From an uncultured Lachnospiraceae bacterium (lineage in GTDB: Bacteria; Bacillota; Clostridia; Lachnospirales; Lachnospiraceae), in assembly GCA_944383265.1 (NCBI GenBank), contig CALWOX010000005.1, forward strand, positions 79,863-143,862: DNA of 64,000 nt. The letters are read 5' to 3'. Positions 10,379 through 18,414 of the stretch are shown piece by piece; within the stretch, counting starts at the first letter, position 1, and each line of letters begins with the position of its first letter. Position numbers and translations under genes: made by a program. The notes beneath the pieces were generated by a model that ran no database searches, was not told the DNA's origin, and was given only the letters and a program-made list of their open reading frames with translations.

Positions 10379-10407
10379 TGCATCCTTCCCTCCTTAGTGC
10401 TATAATA
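10379..10407 (+). promoter_or_regulatory. strong sigma-70-like promoter of the carB leader
   Basis: TTGCAT (10379-10384), exact 17-nt spacer, TATAAT (10402-10407). Confidence 0.6.
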
Positions 10408-10621
10408 CCCGAAGTTTTGAGCAAAAGTAAGTAAGGAGTATGAAATGGCGGCAGGAAGAAACTCACAGGCCAATATCGAGAGATTCTGCTACGGCGGCAT
10501 TGCACATGCTGCGGGGACAGGAGCTTTTGTTTTATTTCCGGCTGTAGTGTCTTCATTATCTTCCATTTCAATTTCAAATTATTCCGAATCTTACCATTGT
10601 TATTTTTATTTATAATTATAA

Positions 10622-10667
10622 AGACTTGCAGAGAGACCCGAAAGGGTTTCGGGCAGGTCTTTTTTTA
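10622..10667 (+). terminator. intrinsic terminator inside the carB 5' leader (candidate attenuator)
   Basis: The outer stem is AGACTTGC / GCAGGTCT. The inner stem is CCCGAAA-GGG-TTTCGGG. Seven Ts follow. The structure lies about 90 nt upstream of the carB ATG, and I see no convincing promoter in between. Confidence 0.8.
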
Positions 10668-10755
10668 AGGCTATTAAGTACTTTTCCAAGGCTCAGGGCA
10701 TTAAAAAATGCAACTTTATCGGATTAGTATCAACGGAGAAACAGGAGGAAACAAA

Positions 10756-13700
10756 ATGGCAAAGAGAACAGACATTAAAAAAGTTTTGGTTATCGGCTCG
10801 GGTCCCATAGTGATCGGGCAGGCGGCAGAGTTTGACTATGCCGGAACTCAGGCGTGTCTTGCCTTGAAGGAAGAGGGATATGAGGTAGTCCTCATAAACT
10901 CAAACCCTGCGACAGTTATGACTGACACAAAGATTGCGGACAAGGTATACATGGAGCCCCTTACTCTTGAGTATGTGGCAAAGATAATAAGAAAAGAGAG
11001 GCCTGACGCTGTAGTTCCCGGACTCGGAGGACAGACAGGACTCAACATGGCTGTTCAGCTTGCAAAGAAGGGAATACTTAAGGAGTGCCAGGTGGAGATA
11101 CTGGGCACAAGCTTTGAGTCTATAGAGAAGGCTGAGGACAGAGAACTTTTCAAGGAGCTCTGCGAGGAGCTTGGAGAGCCTGTAATTCAGTCTGAGATAG
11201 CAACCTCCATGGAGGAGGGAAGAAAGGCCGCAGCAGATATCGGATATCCCGTAGTGCTTCGTCCCGCCTTCACTCTCGGAGGAACAGGCGGCGGATTTGC
11301 CGACACTCCCGAGGAGCTTGAGATAATGCTTGACAATGCCCTGAAGCTTTCGCCTGTTCATCAGGTACTTATCGAAAAGAGCATCAAGGGCTATAAGGAG
11401 ATAGAGTTTGAGGTAATGCGTGACACTGCGGACAATGCCATAGCGGTGTGCGACATGGAAAATATCGACCCCGTGGGAATCCACACAGGAGATTCTATGG
11501 TAGTTGCCCCCTGTAAGACTGTGTCAAAGGCTGACTATGACATGCTTAAGGCTTCCGCATTAAAGATAATCAGGGCCTTAAAGATAGAGGGAGGCTGCAA
11601 TGTACAGTTCGCCCTTAACCCTAACTCATCCGAGTATTTCCTCATTGAGATAAATCCCAGAGTGTCACGTTCATCGGCCCTTGCTTCAAAGGCTACAGCG
11701 TACCCTATAGCAAAGATTACGGCAAAGGTGGCGCTCGGACTTACTCTCGACGAGATAAAGATAGGCGACACAAACGCTCTCTATGAGCCCTCGGTTGATT
11801 ATACTGTTGTAAAGCTGCCCAGATTCCCCTTCGATAAGTTTACTTATGCTTCAAACAGGCTTTCCACTCAGATGAAGGCTACAGGAGAGGTAATGAGCAT
11901 CGGAAGGAGCATGGAGGAGAGCTTCATGAAGGGTGTCAGAGGCCTTGAGATAGGCGTAAATCACCTTTATGAGAAGAAATTCGACAGCTTCAGCGTTGAA
12001 GAGCTTGAGAAATACACAGAGGAGTGCAGAGACGACAGGCTTTTTGCCATAGCTGAGCTCATAAGAAGAGGAGTATCCACAGACAGGATATTTGATCTTA
12101 CAAAGATAACCCGCTACTTCCTTGATACCATAAAGAACGTGGTGGACTATGAAAATGTAATAAAGGAAAACGTAAACGACAAGGATGTCTTGAAGAAGGC
12201 AAAGGAGATGGGCATAAGCGACGCATATATCGCTTCATGCTGGGGCACGGACGAGCTTTCTGTTTACCGCATGAGGGAGGAGATGAGCGAATTCCCTGTA
12301 TACAGAATAGTTGATACCTATCCTCATGAGCATAAGGAAAAGCTTGCTTACCTTTATTCCACCTACAACAAGGACAGTGTAAACGAGTCTGTTGTATCAG
12401 ACAGGAAAAAGATACTCGTACTTGGCTCAGGTCCCATACGTATAGGACAGGGCGTGGAGTTCGATTATTCCACAGTTCACGCTATATGGGCCATAAAGGA
12501 GGCGGGCTACGAGGCCATAATCATAAACAACAACCCTGAGACTGTATCCACAGACTATACGATATCTGATAAGCTTTACTTTGAGCCTCTTACAGTTGAA
12601 GATGTAATGAACGTGGTACATCTTGAGAATCCTGACGGAGTAATAGTTACTCTCGGAGGCCAGACAGCCATAAATCTCGCCGACAGACTCAACAAGCTTG
12701 GCGTAAAGATCATCGGAACAGATGTTGAGGCAATAGACAGAGCTGAGGACAGGGATCAGTTTGAAAAGCTTCTTGAGAAACTTGAGATACCTCAGCCTAC
12801 AGGACAGGCTGTAACAGATGTGGAGGCAGGTGTAAGCGTTGCGGAGAGGATAGGTTATCCTGTTCTTGTGCGTCCTTCCTTCGTTCTTGGCGGAAGAGCT
12901 ATGCAGATAGTTTACAATGCAGAGGAGCTCAGACAGTACTTCAAGAAGGCTATCGTAGCCTCTGAGGATCACCCTGTTCTCGTAGACAAATATATCTCGG
13001 GAAGCGAGCTTGAGGTGGATGCTATATGTGACGGAGAGACAGTGCTTATCCCCGGAATCATGCAGCACATAGAGCGTACAGGCGTACACAGCGGAGACTC
13101 CATAAGCGTTTTCCCCGCCTATAATGTAAGCGAGAAGTCGAAAGAGACTATAATAGACTACACAAGAAGGCTCGGACTCGGAATCGGAATAAAGGGACTT
13201 TACAACATACAGTTTATCGTTGACAAGAACGACGACGTTTATATTATAGAGGTAAATCCCCGTTCATCCCGTACTGTTCCCTTCATAAGCAAGGCGACAA
13301 ACATACCTATGGCAAATATCGCCACAAAGGTCGCTCTCGGACAGAGCATAAAGGAGCAGGGCTATGAGGACGGAATAGCAAAGGAGCCTTCACGCTACTA
13401 CGTAAAGTGCCCTGTATTCTCCTTCTCAAAGCTCAGAGGAGCCGACACAGTACTTTCGCCCGAGATGAAGTCTACAGGTGAGGCAATAGGTTATGACAAG
13501 GATCTTAACAGAGCACTCTACAAGGCTATGCAGGCTGCGGGAATGAAGGTGAAGAACTACGGAACCGTATTTGTGACAGTTGCAGATAAGGATAAGGAGG
13601 ACGTTCTTCCTATAATAAAGAGATTCTACAACATAGGCTTTAACATAGAGGCCACAAAGGGCACAGCGGAATTCCTGAGAGAGCACGGTATCAGGACAAG

Positions 13701-13950
13701 GATAAAGAAAAAGCTCTCAGAGGGCAGTGAGGAGATACTTGACAGCCTCAGACAGGGTTATATCACCTACGTGATAAATACTGTAAAGCCCGGAAACGAC
13801 AGTGCCGAGAGGACAGACGGATTCATGATAAGAAGAGTTGCTGTAGAGAACGGAATCACCGAGTTCACATCTCTTGATACAGTAAGCGCACTCTTAAATG
13901 TGCTTGAAGAGATAACCATGAGCGTATCGACTATAGACGCAGAGGAATAA
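10756..13950 (+). CDS. carB: carbamoyl-phosphate synthase large subunit
   Basis: 1064 aa from [30 protein letters not shown]. The duplicated ATP-grasp halves are visible (second half [20 protein letters not shown]), followed by a C-terminal MGS-like allosteric domain. I set the start at the ATG at 10756, which is preceded by AGGAGG. Confidence 0.96.
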   Translation: MAKRTDIKKVLVIGSGPIVIGQAAEFDYAGTQACLALKEEGYEVVLINSNPATVMTDTKIADKVYMEPLTLEYVAKIIRKERPDAVVPGLGGQTGLNMAVQLAKKGILKECQVEILGTSFESIEKAEDRELFKELCEELGEPVIQSEIATSMEEGRKAAADIGYPVVLRPAFTLGGTGGGFADTPEELEIMLDNALKLSPVHQVLIEKSIKGYKEIEFEVMRDTADNAIAVCDMENIDPVGIHTGDSMVVAPCKTVSKADYDMLKASALKIIRALKIEGGCNVQFALNPNSSEYFLIEINPRVSRSSALASKATAYPIAKITAKVALGLTLDEIKIGDTNALYEPSVDYTVVKLPRFPFDKFTYASNRLSTQMKATGEVMSIGRSMEESFMKGVRGLEIGVNHLYEKKFDSFSVEELEKYTEECRDDRLFAIAELIRRGVSTDRIFDLTKITRYFLDTIKNVVDYENVIKENVNDKDVLKKAKEMGISDAYIASCWGTDELSVYRMREEMSEFPVYRIVDTYPHEHKEKLAYLYSTYNKDSVNESVVSDRKKILVLGSGPIRIGQGVEFDYSTVHAIWAIKEAGYEAIIINNNPETVSTDYTISDKLYFEPLTVEDVMNVVHLENPDGVIVTLGGQTAINLADRLNKLGVKIIGTDVEAIDRAEDRDQFEKLLEKLEIPQPTGQAVTDVEAGVSVAERIGYPVLVRPSFVLGGRAMQIVYNAEELRQYFKKAIVASEDHPVLVDKYISGSELEVDAICDGETVLIPGIMQHIERTGVHSGDSISVFPAYNVSEKSKETIIDYTRRLGLGIGIKGLYNIQFIVDKNDDVYIIEVNPRSSRTVPFISKATNIPMANIATKVALGQSIKEQGYEDGIAKEPSRYYVKCPVFSFSKLRGADTVLSPEMKSTGEAIGYDKDLNRALYKAMQAAGMKVKNYGTVFVTVADKDKEDVLPIIKRFYNIGFNIEATKGTAEFLREHGIRTRIKKKLSEGSEEILDSLRQGYITYVINTVKPGNDSAERTDGFMIRRVAVENGITEFTSLDTVSALLNVLEEITMSVSTIDAEE

Positions 13951-13976
13951 TCTATATTAAGTGTTTGACAAAAGAG

Positions 13977-14011
13977 GGAGCTGCCATACTGGTTTTTAGT
14001 GTGGCGGCTCC
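13977..14011 (+). terminator. hairpin after carB (weak T-run)
   Basis: GGAGCTGCCA / TGGCGGCTCC stem with one G-U pair and a 15-nt loop. The downstream tract TTAATTT is only moderately U-rich. Confidence 0.45.
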
Positions 14012-14076
14012 TTAATTTAGAATAATATAAAATATAGAGTAAATAATCAGTTGGTTGCTCTGATGGATTTTTATAT

Positions 14077-14105
14077 TTGACTTGGATGACTTTAAGTTTT
14101 AAAAT
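14077..14105 (+). promoter_or_regulatory. sigma-70-like promoter for the amidotransferase-like gene
   Basis: TTGACT (14077-14082), 17 nt, TAAAAT (14100-14105). Confidence 0.5.
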
Positions 14106-14145
14106 CGTAAGTACAGATTTTGAAAGTTTAAGGAGATAACACATT

Positions 14146-14883
14146 ATGAGTAAACCCAAGATAGGAATAGTTGCAAACAGACTTGTGTCTGACGGAAATC
14201 CTCTTTCAGGAATGTACCGTGCATCAATAAATAATGCTTATGTGGACAGCCTTGAGAAGGCGGGTTGTATCCCTGTTATGCTCCCTGTTATAGATGAGCC
14301 TGAGGATGTGGCGGATCAGATCGAGGGGCTTTCGGGTATAGTTCTCTCAGGAGGGTATGATGTTGATCCTTTGCTCTATGGGGAACAGCCTACTCCTATG
14401 CAGGGACTCACACTTACAGAGGTGGATAATTACAATATTTGGGTAATACATGAAGCTGATAAGAAGGGGATACCTGTTCTTGGCATATGCAAGGGAATAC
14501 AGATATTAAATGTAGCTTTCGGAGGCACTCTCTATCAGGATATTGAAAAGCAGTTCGGAGGAGACTGCTTCAGACACATGCAGAGTGCTCCGGGATACAA
14601 CCCCACTCATTTTGTAACAGTGGAGGAGGGAAGCTTCCTTTCAGAGCTCCTTCCGGAGAGGGCAAAGACCAATTCCTTCCACCATCAGTGCGTGAAGGAG
14701 CCGGCTCCCGGATTTAAGATCACAGCCAAATCTGACGACGGAGTACCTGAGTGCATTGAGAGACAGGAGGGCACATTTATGATGGGTGTGCAGTGGCACC
14801 CTGAGATGATGGCTACCTTTGACAATAAGGAGATGCTGGGGCTTTTCAAGGGCTTTGCGAAGCTTTGCATGAAGGATAAGTAA
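14146..14883 (+). CDS. class I glutamine amidotransferase-like hydrolase (peptidase C26 / PuuD gamma-glutamyl-GABA hydrolase family)
   Basis: 245 aa. The nucleophile elbow is GICKGIQILNVAFGGTLYQDI and the His motif is QWHPE. An AAGGAG RBS precedes the start. Confidence 0.85.
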   Translation: MSKPKIGIVANRLVSDGNPLSGMYRASINNAYVDSLEKAGCIPVMLPVIDEPEDVADQIEGLSGIVLSGGYDVDPLLYGEQPTPMQGLTLTEVDNYNIWVIHEADKKGIPVLGICKGIQILNVAFGGTLYQDIEKQFGGDCFRHMQSAPGYNPTHFVTVEEGSFLSELLPERAKTNSFHHQCVKEPAPGFKITAKSDDGVPECIERQEGTFMMGVQWHPEMMATFDNKEMLGLFKGFAKLCMKDK

Positions 14884-14974
14884 AGAAGCACCCGGGAATA
14901 AATATATCGGTGCATATGTAAGAGGACTAATTCCCGATAAACGGGATAAGTTTAACAGAGAAGGAGGATAAGGT

Positions 14975-15499
14975 ATGGACAGCAGAGTATTTTGGGACTT
15001 GTCGTATGGAGTTTATATCACAACGGTCATGGATGGTGAGAGGCCTACAGGCTGCGTCACCAATTCCGCAATGCAGATAACCTCGGAGCCTGCAACTATA
15101 GCCGTCAGTGTAAACCACGACAACTATACAAACGGCTGCATAGAAAAGTCAGGCAAATTTGCGGTATGCATATGCAGCGAGGCCACAAAGCCTCTTACCA
15201 TAGGGACTTTCGGCTTTCGTTCGGGAAGGGATTTTAATAAGTTTGACGACATTCCCTATGAGATGAAAGCAGGGCTTCCCATTGTCAGAGACAGCATAAA
15301 CGGATATGTGGTCTGCGAGGTGATAAACAAGCTGGAGACGGACACACATACGGTATTTCTCGGAAGGGTTATGGAATCGGAGCGCTTTGATATCGGCTCA
15401 AAGCCTATGACCTATGCTTATTATCATGAGGTGGTAAAGGGAAGGGCTCCTAAGAATGCACCTACCTACATCGATCCCGAGAAGTTGGGAGAAAAGTAG
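14975..15499 (+). CDS. flavin reductase-like (flavoredoxin) domain protein
   Basis: 174 aa with the flavin-reductase-like fold signature (VYITTVMDGERPTGCVTNSAMQITSEPATIAVSVN). A GAAGGAGG RBS precedes the start. Confidence 0.8.
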   Translation: MDSRVFWDLSYGVYITTVMDGERPTGCVTNSAMQITSEPATIAVSVNHDNYTNGCIEKSGKFAVCICSEATKPLTIGTFGFRSGRDFNKFDDIPYEMKAGLPIVRDSINGYVVCEVINKLETDTHTVFLGRVMESERFDIGSKPMTYAYYHEVVKGRAPKNAPTYIDPEKLGEK

Positions 15500-15512
15500 A
15501 GGGGGGGGTCGT

Positions 15513-16778
15513 ATGAAAAGGGCTGACAGAAAATTTATGGAGGACGGCATAAGGACACTCCATACCTTTAACAGCACTCCCGAGCTCAAGGGCAACACCA
15601 GATATATCTTTACAGACGCTGACATGCAGGCAAGGGATTATTTAAAGTCTCTTATAAAGGAGGCTGGCCTTGAGCTTTATGAGGACGGCATAGGGAATAT
15701 TTTTGCTGTCTTAAGGGGAGAGGACTCAAAGCTTCCTCCTGTTTGGACAGGCTCTCATTTTGATACAGTCATAAACGGGGGAATGTATGACGGCGTGGTA
15801 GGGAGCCTCGGAGCCATAGAGGCCTTAAAGGTCATAAAGGATTCGGGAGAGAGGCATCTCAGAGATATAGCTGCGGTATTATTTACCTCTGAGGAATCTG
15901 GAAGATTCGGTATCGGATGCCTCGGAAGCCACTTCATAACAGGCGAGGAGGGCTTTGTGAGCATTGAGGATACAAAAAGAATAAAGGATGACAGCGGCGT
16001 GACTCTGTATGAGGCTATGACCGAGCGGGGATATGGTAAGGATTTCGAGAAGATAAGAAAGAAAAAAGGCGATATCTTTGCTTTTATCGAGCTCCATATA
16101 GAGCAGGGGCCTGTGCTTGAAAGCATGGGTATACCTATAGGAATAGTCACGGGAATAACGGCTCCGACATACATCTCGGTCACCATAAAGGGAGAGCAGA
16201 GACATGCGGGATCCACTCCCATGAACGCGAGAAAGGACAGCATGTGCGCCTTTGCGGAAATAGTGCTTGAGCTTGAGAGCTACGCGAAGTCTCTAGGACA
16301 TCCCAATTTCTGCGCGACTGTAGGCAAGGTGAATGTAAGCCCCAATGCCTCCAATGTAATAGCGGGAGAGGTCAGATTTACTATTGATCTGAGAGGTATA
16401 AAGAGCAAGCCCAAGGACAAGATGGCAGAGGATATAATCAGATTTTTCGCTTATCTTAAGGAAAAACGAGGGGTGAAGATCGAATATCACATTGATGCAA
16501 ACGACAAGCCTATGTTTTCAAATGAGAATCTTGTGGAGCTTATTGAGGGCGTATGTGAGGATAAAAAGCTCCCTTACCACAAGATGAACAGCGGAGCATA
16601 CCATGACTCCCTGATGATGGCAAAGCTTTGCCCTATGGCCATGATATTTGTCCCCAGTAAGGACGGCATAAGCCATGATCCTGACGAGTATACCTCTATG
16701 GATGAGATAATGGAGGGAATGGACGTGCTCTGCGAGAGCGTGCTGAGGATAGCAAACAGGACCGAGCCTCTTAATTAG
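15513..16778 (+). CDS. Zn-dependent M20 amidase of the allantoate amidohydrolase / N-carbamoyl-amino-acid hydrolase family
   Basis: 421 aa. The metal-site segments are TGSHFDTVINGGMYDGVVGSLG and FTSEESGRFG, with a C-terminal SGAYHDS. I set the start at the ATG at 15513, downstream of the G-rich RBS. The track ORF began 19 codons earlier, inside the preceding gene. Confidence 0.85.
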   Translation: MKRADRKFMEDGIRTLHTFNSTPELKGNTRYIFTDADMQARDYLKSLIKEAGLELYEDGIGNIFAVLRGEDSKLPPVWTGSHFDTVINGGMYDGVVGSLGAIEALKVIKDSGERHLRDIAAVLFTSEESGRFGIGCLGSHFITGEEGFVSIEDTKRIKDDSGVTLYEAMTERGYGKDFEKIRKKKGDIFAFIELHIEQGPVLESMGIPIGIVTGITAPTYISVTIKGEQRHAGSTPMNARKDSMCAFAEIVLELESYAKSLGHPNFCATVGKVNVSPNASNVIAGEVRFTIDLRGIKSKPKDKMAEDIIRFFAYLKEKRGVKIEYHIDANDKPMFSNENLVELIEGVCEDKKLPYHKMNSGAYHDSLMMAKLCPMAMIFVPSKDGISHDPDEYTSMDEIMEGMDVLCESVLRIANRTEPLN

Positions 16779-16838
16779 AAATTAAGAGTAAATGAAACGT
16801 AAAAAAAGGGGATATAAAGAGAAGATAAAGAGCAAAAA

Positions 16839-17618
16839 ATGAACGACATTGATAACATTCACGACAAAGTGAGAGATGATTATAAACAGATACTGGCGGA
16901 GCCCGGAAACTCCGTACTTTCAGTAAGTACAGCTGATTCCTCTGTGGCTGAGGCTGTAGGCTACAGCCTTGAGGAGCTTGCTTCTGTCCCCGAGGAGGCA
17001 AATCGAGGACTCGGATGCGGAAATCCTGTAAGGACAGCCGAGCTTAAGGAGGGAGAGGTAGTACTTGACCTCGGCTGCGGAGCGGGTCTTGATTGCTTTC
17101 TGGCTGCAACAAAGGTCGGAAGGCGAGGGAGAGCTGTGGGTGTCGATATGACCCCTGAAATGCTTGCAGAGGCGAGAAGTATAGCAAAGAAGCACAGGAT
17201 AAGGAATGTGGAATTCAGGCTCGGTGAGATAGAAAATCTTCCCGCCGCAGACAATTTTGCGGATGTATGCATCTCTAACTGCGTAATAAACCTGTCACCT
17301 GACAAGGCGAGAGTATATAGGGAAATATTCAGGATATTGAAGCCCGGAGGAAGGATATCAATATGCGATATCATTATTAAGAAGAGCCTCCCGGATGATA
17401 TCAAAAATGATGCCGATATGTATTCCTGCTGAGTAAGCGGAGCGTCTTCAGTTGAAGACCTTGAACGACTCATCAAATTTGCGGGATTTGAGGATGTCAA
17501 GATAAAAGAAAAGCCCTTGTCCCGAGAATATGAGGAGAGATGGGGCGGCAGTAAGGCTGTGGGTGAGTATATAATGTCGTCATCGATAATGGCAAGAAAG
17601 CCTGAGGGACATCATTAA
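16839..17618 (+). CDS. ArsM/UbiE-like SAM-dependent methyltransferase, probably a selenoprotein (in-frame UGA at 17430-17432 read as Sec)
   Basis: The SAM motif is VLDLGCGAGLD and the ArsM-like motif is ISNCVINL. The track ORF stops at a TGA after DADMYSC. The same frame then stays open for 61 more codons (VSGASSVEDLERLIKFAGFEDVKI...) to the TAA at 17616-17618. The UGA aligns with the conserved Cys of the ArsM C-(I/V/L)-(A/G)-G-A motif. A hairpin starts 11 nt after the UGA. Confidence 0.7.
17441..17462 (+). promoter_or_regulatory. candidate bacterial SECIS hairpin
   Basis: GTCTTC-AGTT-GAAGAC, a 6-bp stem with a G-containing tetraloop at 17444-17459, extendable by A-U and G-U pairs across a C-C mismatch. 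It begins 11 nt downstream of the UGA. Confidence 0.5.
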
Positions 17619-17684
17619 GAGTATTTTCAAAAATTATAAGAAATAGCCTTTTATCAAGGCTCTAAAGAGATTATAAAAATGAAT

Positions 17685-17732
17685 AAAAAAGCAGGTCTAT
17701 CGCATCAAAATGAGGTGATAGGCCTGCTTTTT
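17685..17732. terminator. bidirectional intrinsic terminator between the methyltransferase and the MarR gene
   Basis: An A-run, then the stem GCAGGTCTATC / GATAGGCCTGC with one G-U pair, then a T-run. It serves the convergent genes on both sides. Confidence 0.75.
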
Positions 17733-17751
17733 AACGTTCTTTCAAGTTGCT

Positions 17752-18207
17752 TTATGTTGATTTCTTAAAATCCAAATATGAGGGAACAATGTTTGCATCC
17801 ATAGTTAAAAGTATATTATAGAACATATCCAATTCATCCTCGGAAACTCCCGAGTATAGTTTTTCGAGAGGAGATGTAACGGAATCTTCCATGCTGTCAT
17901 TCAGCTTTTTTCCTTCATCCGTTATAAAGAGAATCCACTCCTTTTTATTGTTTTCCGGATGAACCTTTTTGATGTATCCCTTATCAATAAGCTTTTTCAA
18001 AGCTTTTGCTGTAGTGGAACGGTCCACCTTAAGGATATATGAAAGGGTCTCTTGGTTGATACCGGGGTTTTCATCTATTCTTGTCAAAAATGAATGCTGG
18101 CCTCGTGTAAGACCGAATTTTACAAATTGTCCTTCTCTTATCGCATCAAGACATCTGCAGACGTCAAGCATGCACCTTGTTATGGTACGAAAATCTTTGT
18201 TATTCAT
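17752..18207 (-). CDS. MarR family transcriptional regulator
   Basis: 151 aa from MNNKDFRTITRCMLDV. The winged-HTH region is LTRGQHSFLTRIDENPGINQETLSYILKVDRSTTAKALKKLIDKGYI. I set the start at the ATG at 18207, which is preceded by AGGGAGAG. The 34-codon upstream extension in the track is AT-rich and lacks an RBS. Confidence 0.85.
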   Translation of the reverse strand: MNNKDFRTITRCMLDVCRCLDAIREGQFVKFGLTRGQHSFLTRIDENPGINQETLSYILKVDRSTTAKALKKLIDKGYIKKVHPENNKKEWILFITDEGKKLNDSMEDSVTSPLEKLYSGVSEDELDMFYNILLTMDANIVPSYLDFKKST

Positions 18208-18347
18208 AGCTTCTCTCCCTTTTACTAAATAATACTTGAAAAGGAAACAAAAAGCAATCAAAAAGATAAAATGATATGGTCTTAAGGCAGGAAACACAAA
18301 AAGATGCATAAATAATCAAAAAAACTATAGAATTTACATAAAAAATA

Positions 18348-18403
18348 TTGACAGTTCAACAAAAAAGATTTATCATTTCGCTGAAGCTTCAATAAAATGA
18401 TAA
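18348..18403 (+). promoter_or_regulatory. promoter plus 34-bp imperfect palindrome (candidate MarR operator)
   Basis: TTGACA (18348-18353), 17 nt, TATCAT (18371-18376). The palindrome TTATCATTTCGCTGAAG|CTTCAATAAAATGATAA (18370-18403, 14 of 17 positions per arm symmetric) is centred on AAGCTT and overlaps the -10 box. A third copy of AAAATGATA lies at 18268-18276. Confidence 0.5.
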
Positions 18404-18414
18404 GGAGAAAGGTT

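Noticed and set aside
10276-10400. Read-through frame after the TGA stop of the polyferredoxin gene (about 50 further sense codons), checked as a second Sec candidate
   Set aside because: The downstream translation is AT-rich and low-complexity with no family similarity. No hairpin follows the UGA at SECIS spacing, and the frame runs into the carB-leader promoter.
10436-10540. Partial resemblance of the carB leader (…AUCGAGAGAUU…CUACGGCGG…GGGGACAGGAGC…) to ykkC-family or PyrR-binding elements
   Set aside because: Only short fragments (CGAGAG, ACGGCGG) resemble the conserved cores. The flanking CUAGGGUUCCG and GGGA..CCCGGGAGA blocks of ykkC and the UCCAGAGAGGCU PyrR loop are absent. I do not call it a member of either class.
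10317-10577. 86-aa minus-strand ORF in the carB leader region
   Set aside because: It runs antisense across a consensus plus-strand promoter. It has no RBS and a basic, low-complexity translation.
10900-13089. Minus-strand ORFs of 194 aa (10900-11484) and 220 aa (12427-13089) inside carB
   Set aside because: They are shadow ORFs opposite a highly conserved gene. Their compositionally odd, Tyr/Leu/Ser/Cys-rich translations are typical of antisense frames.
16961-17500. 179-aa minus-strand ORF spanning the TGA of the methyltransferase
   Set aside because: I considered it as an alternative explanation for the open frame around 17430. The plus strand, however, carries clear SAM-methyltransferase motifs before the TGA and a family-typical C-terminus after it. 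The minus-strand product is a Ser/Pro/Ala-rich low-complexity sequence without an RBS.
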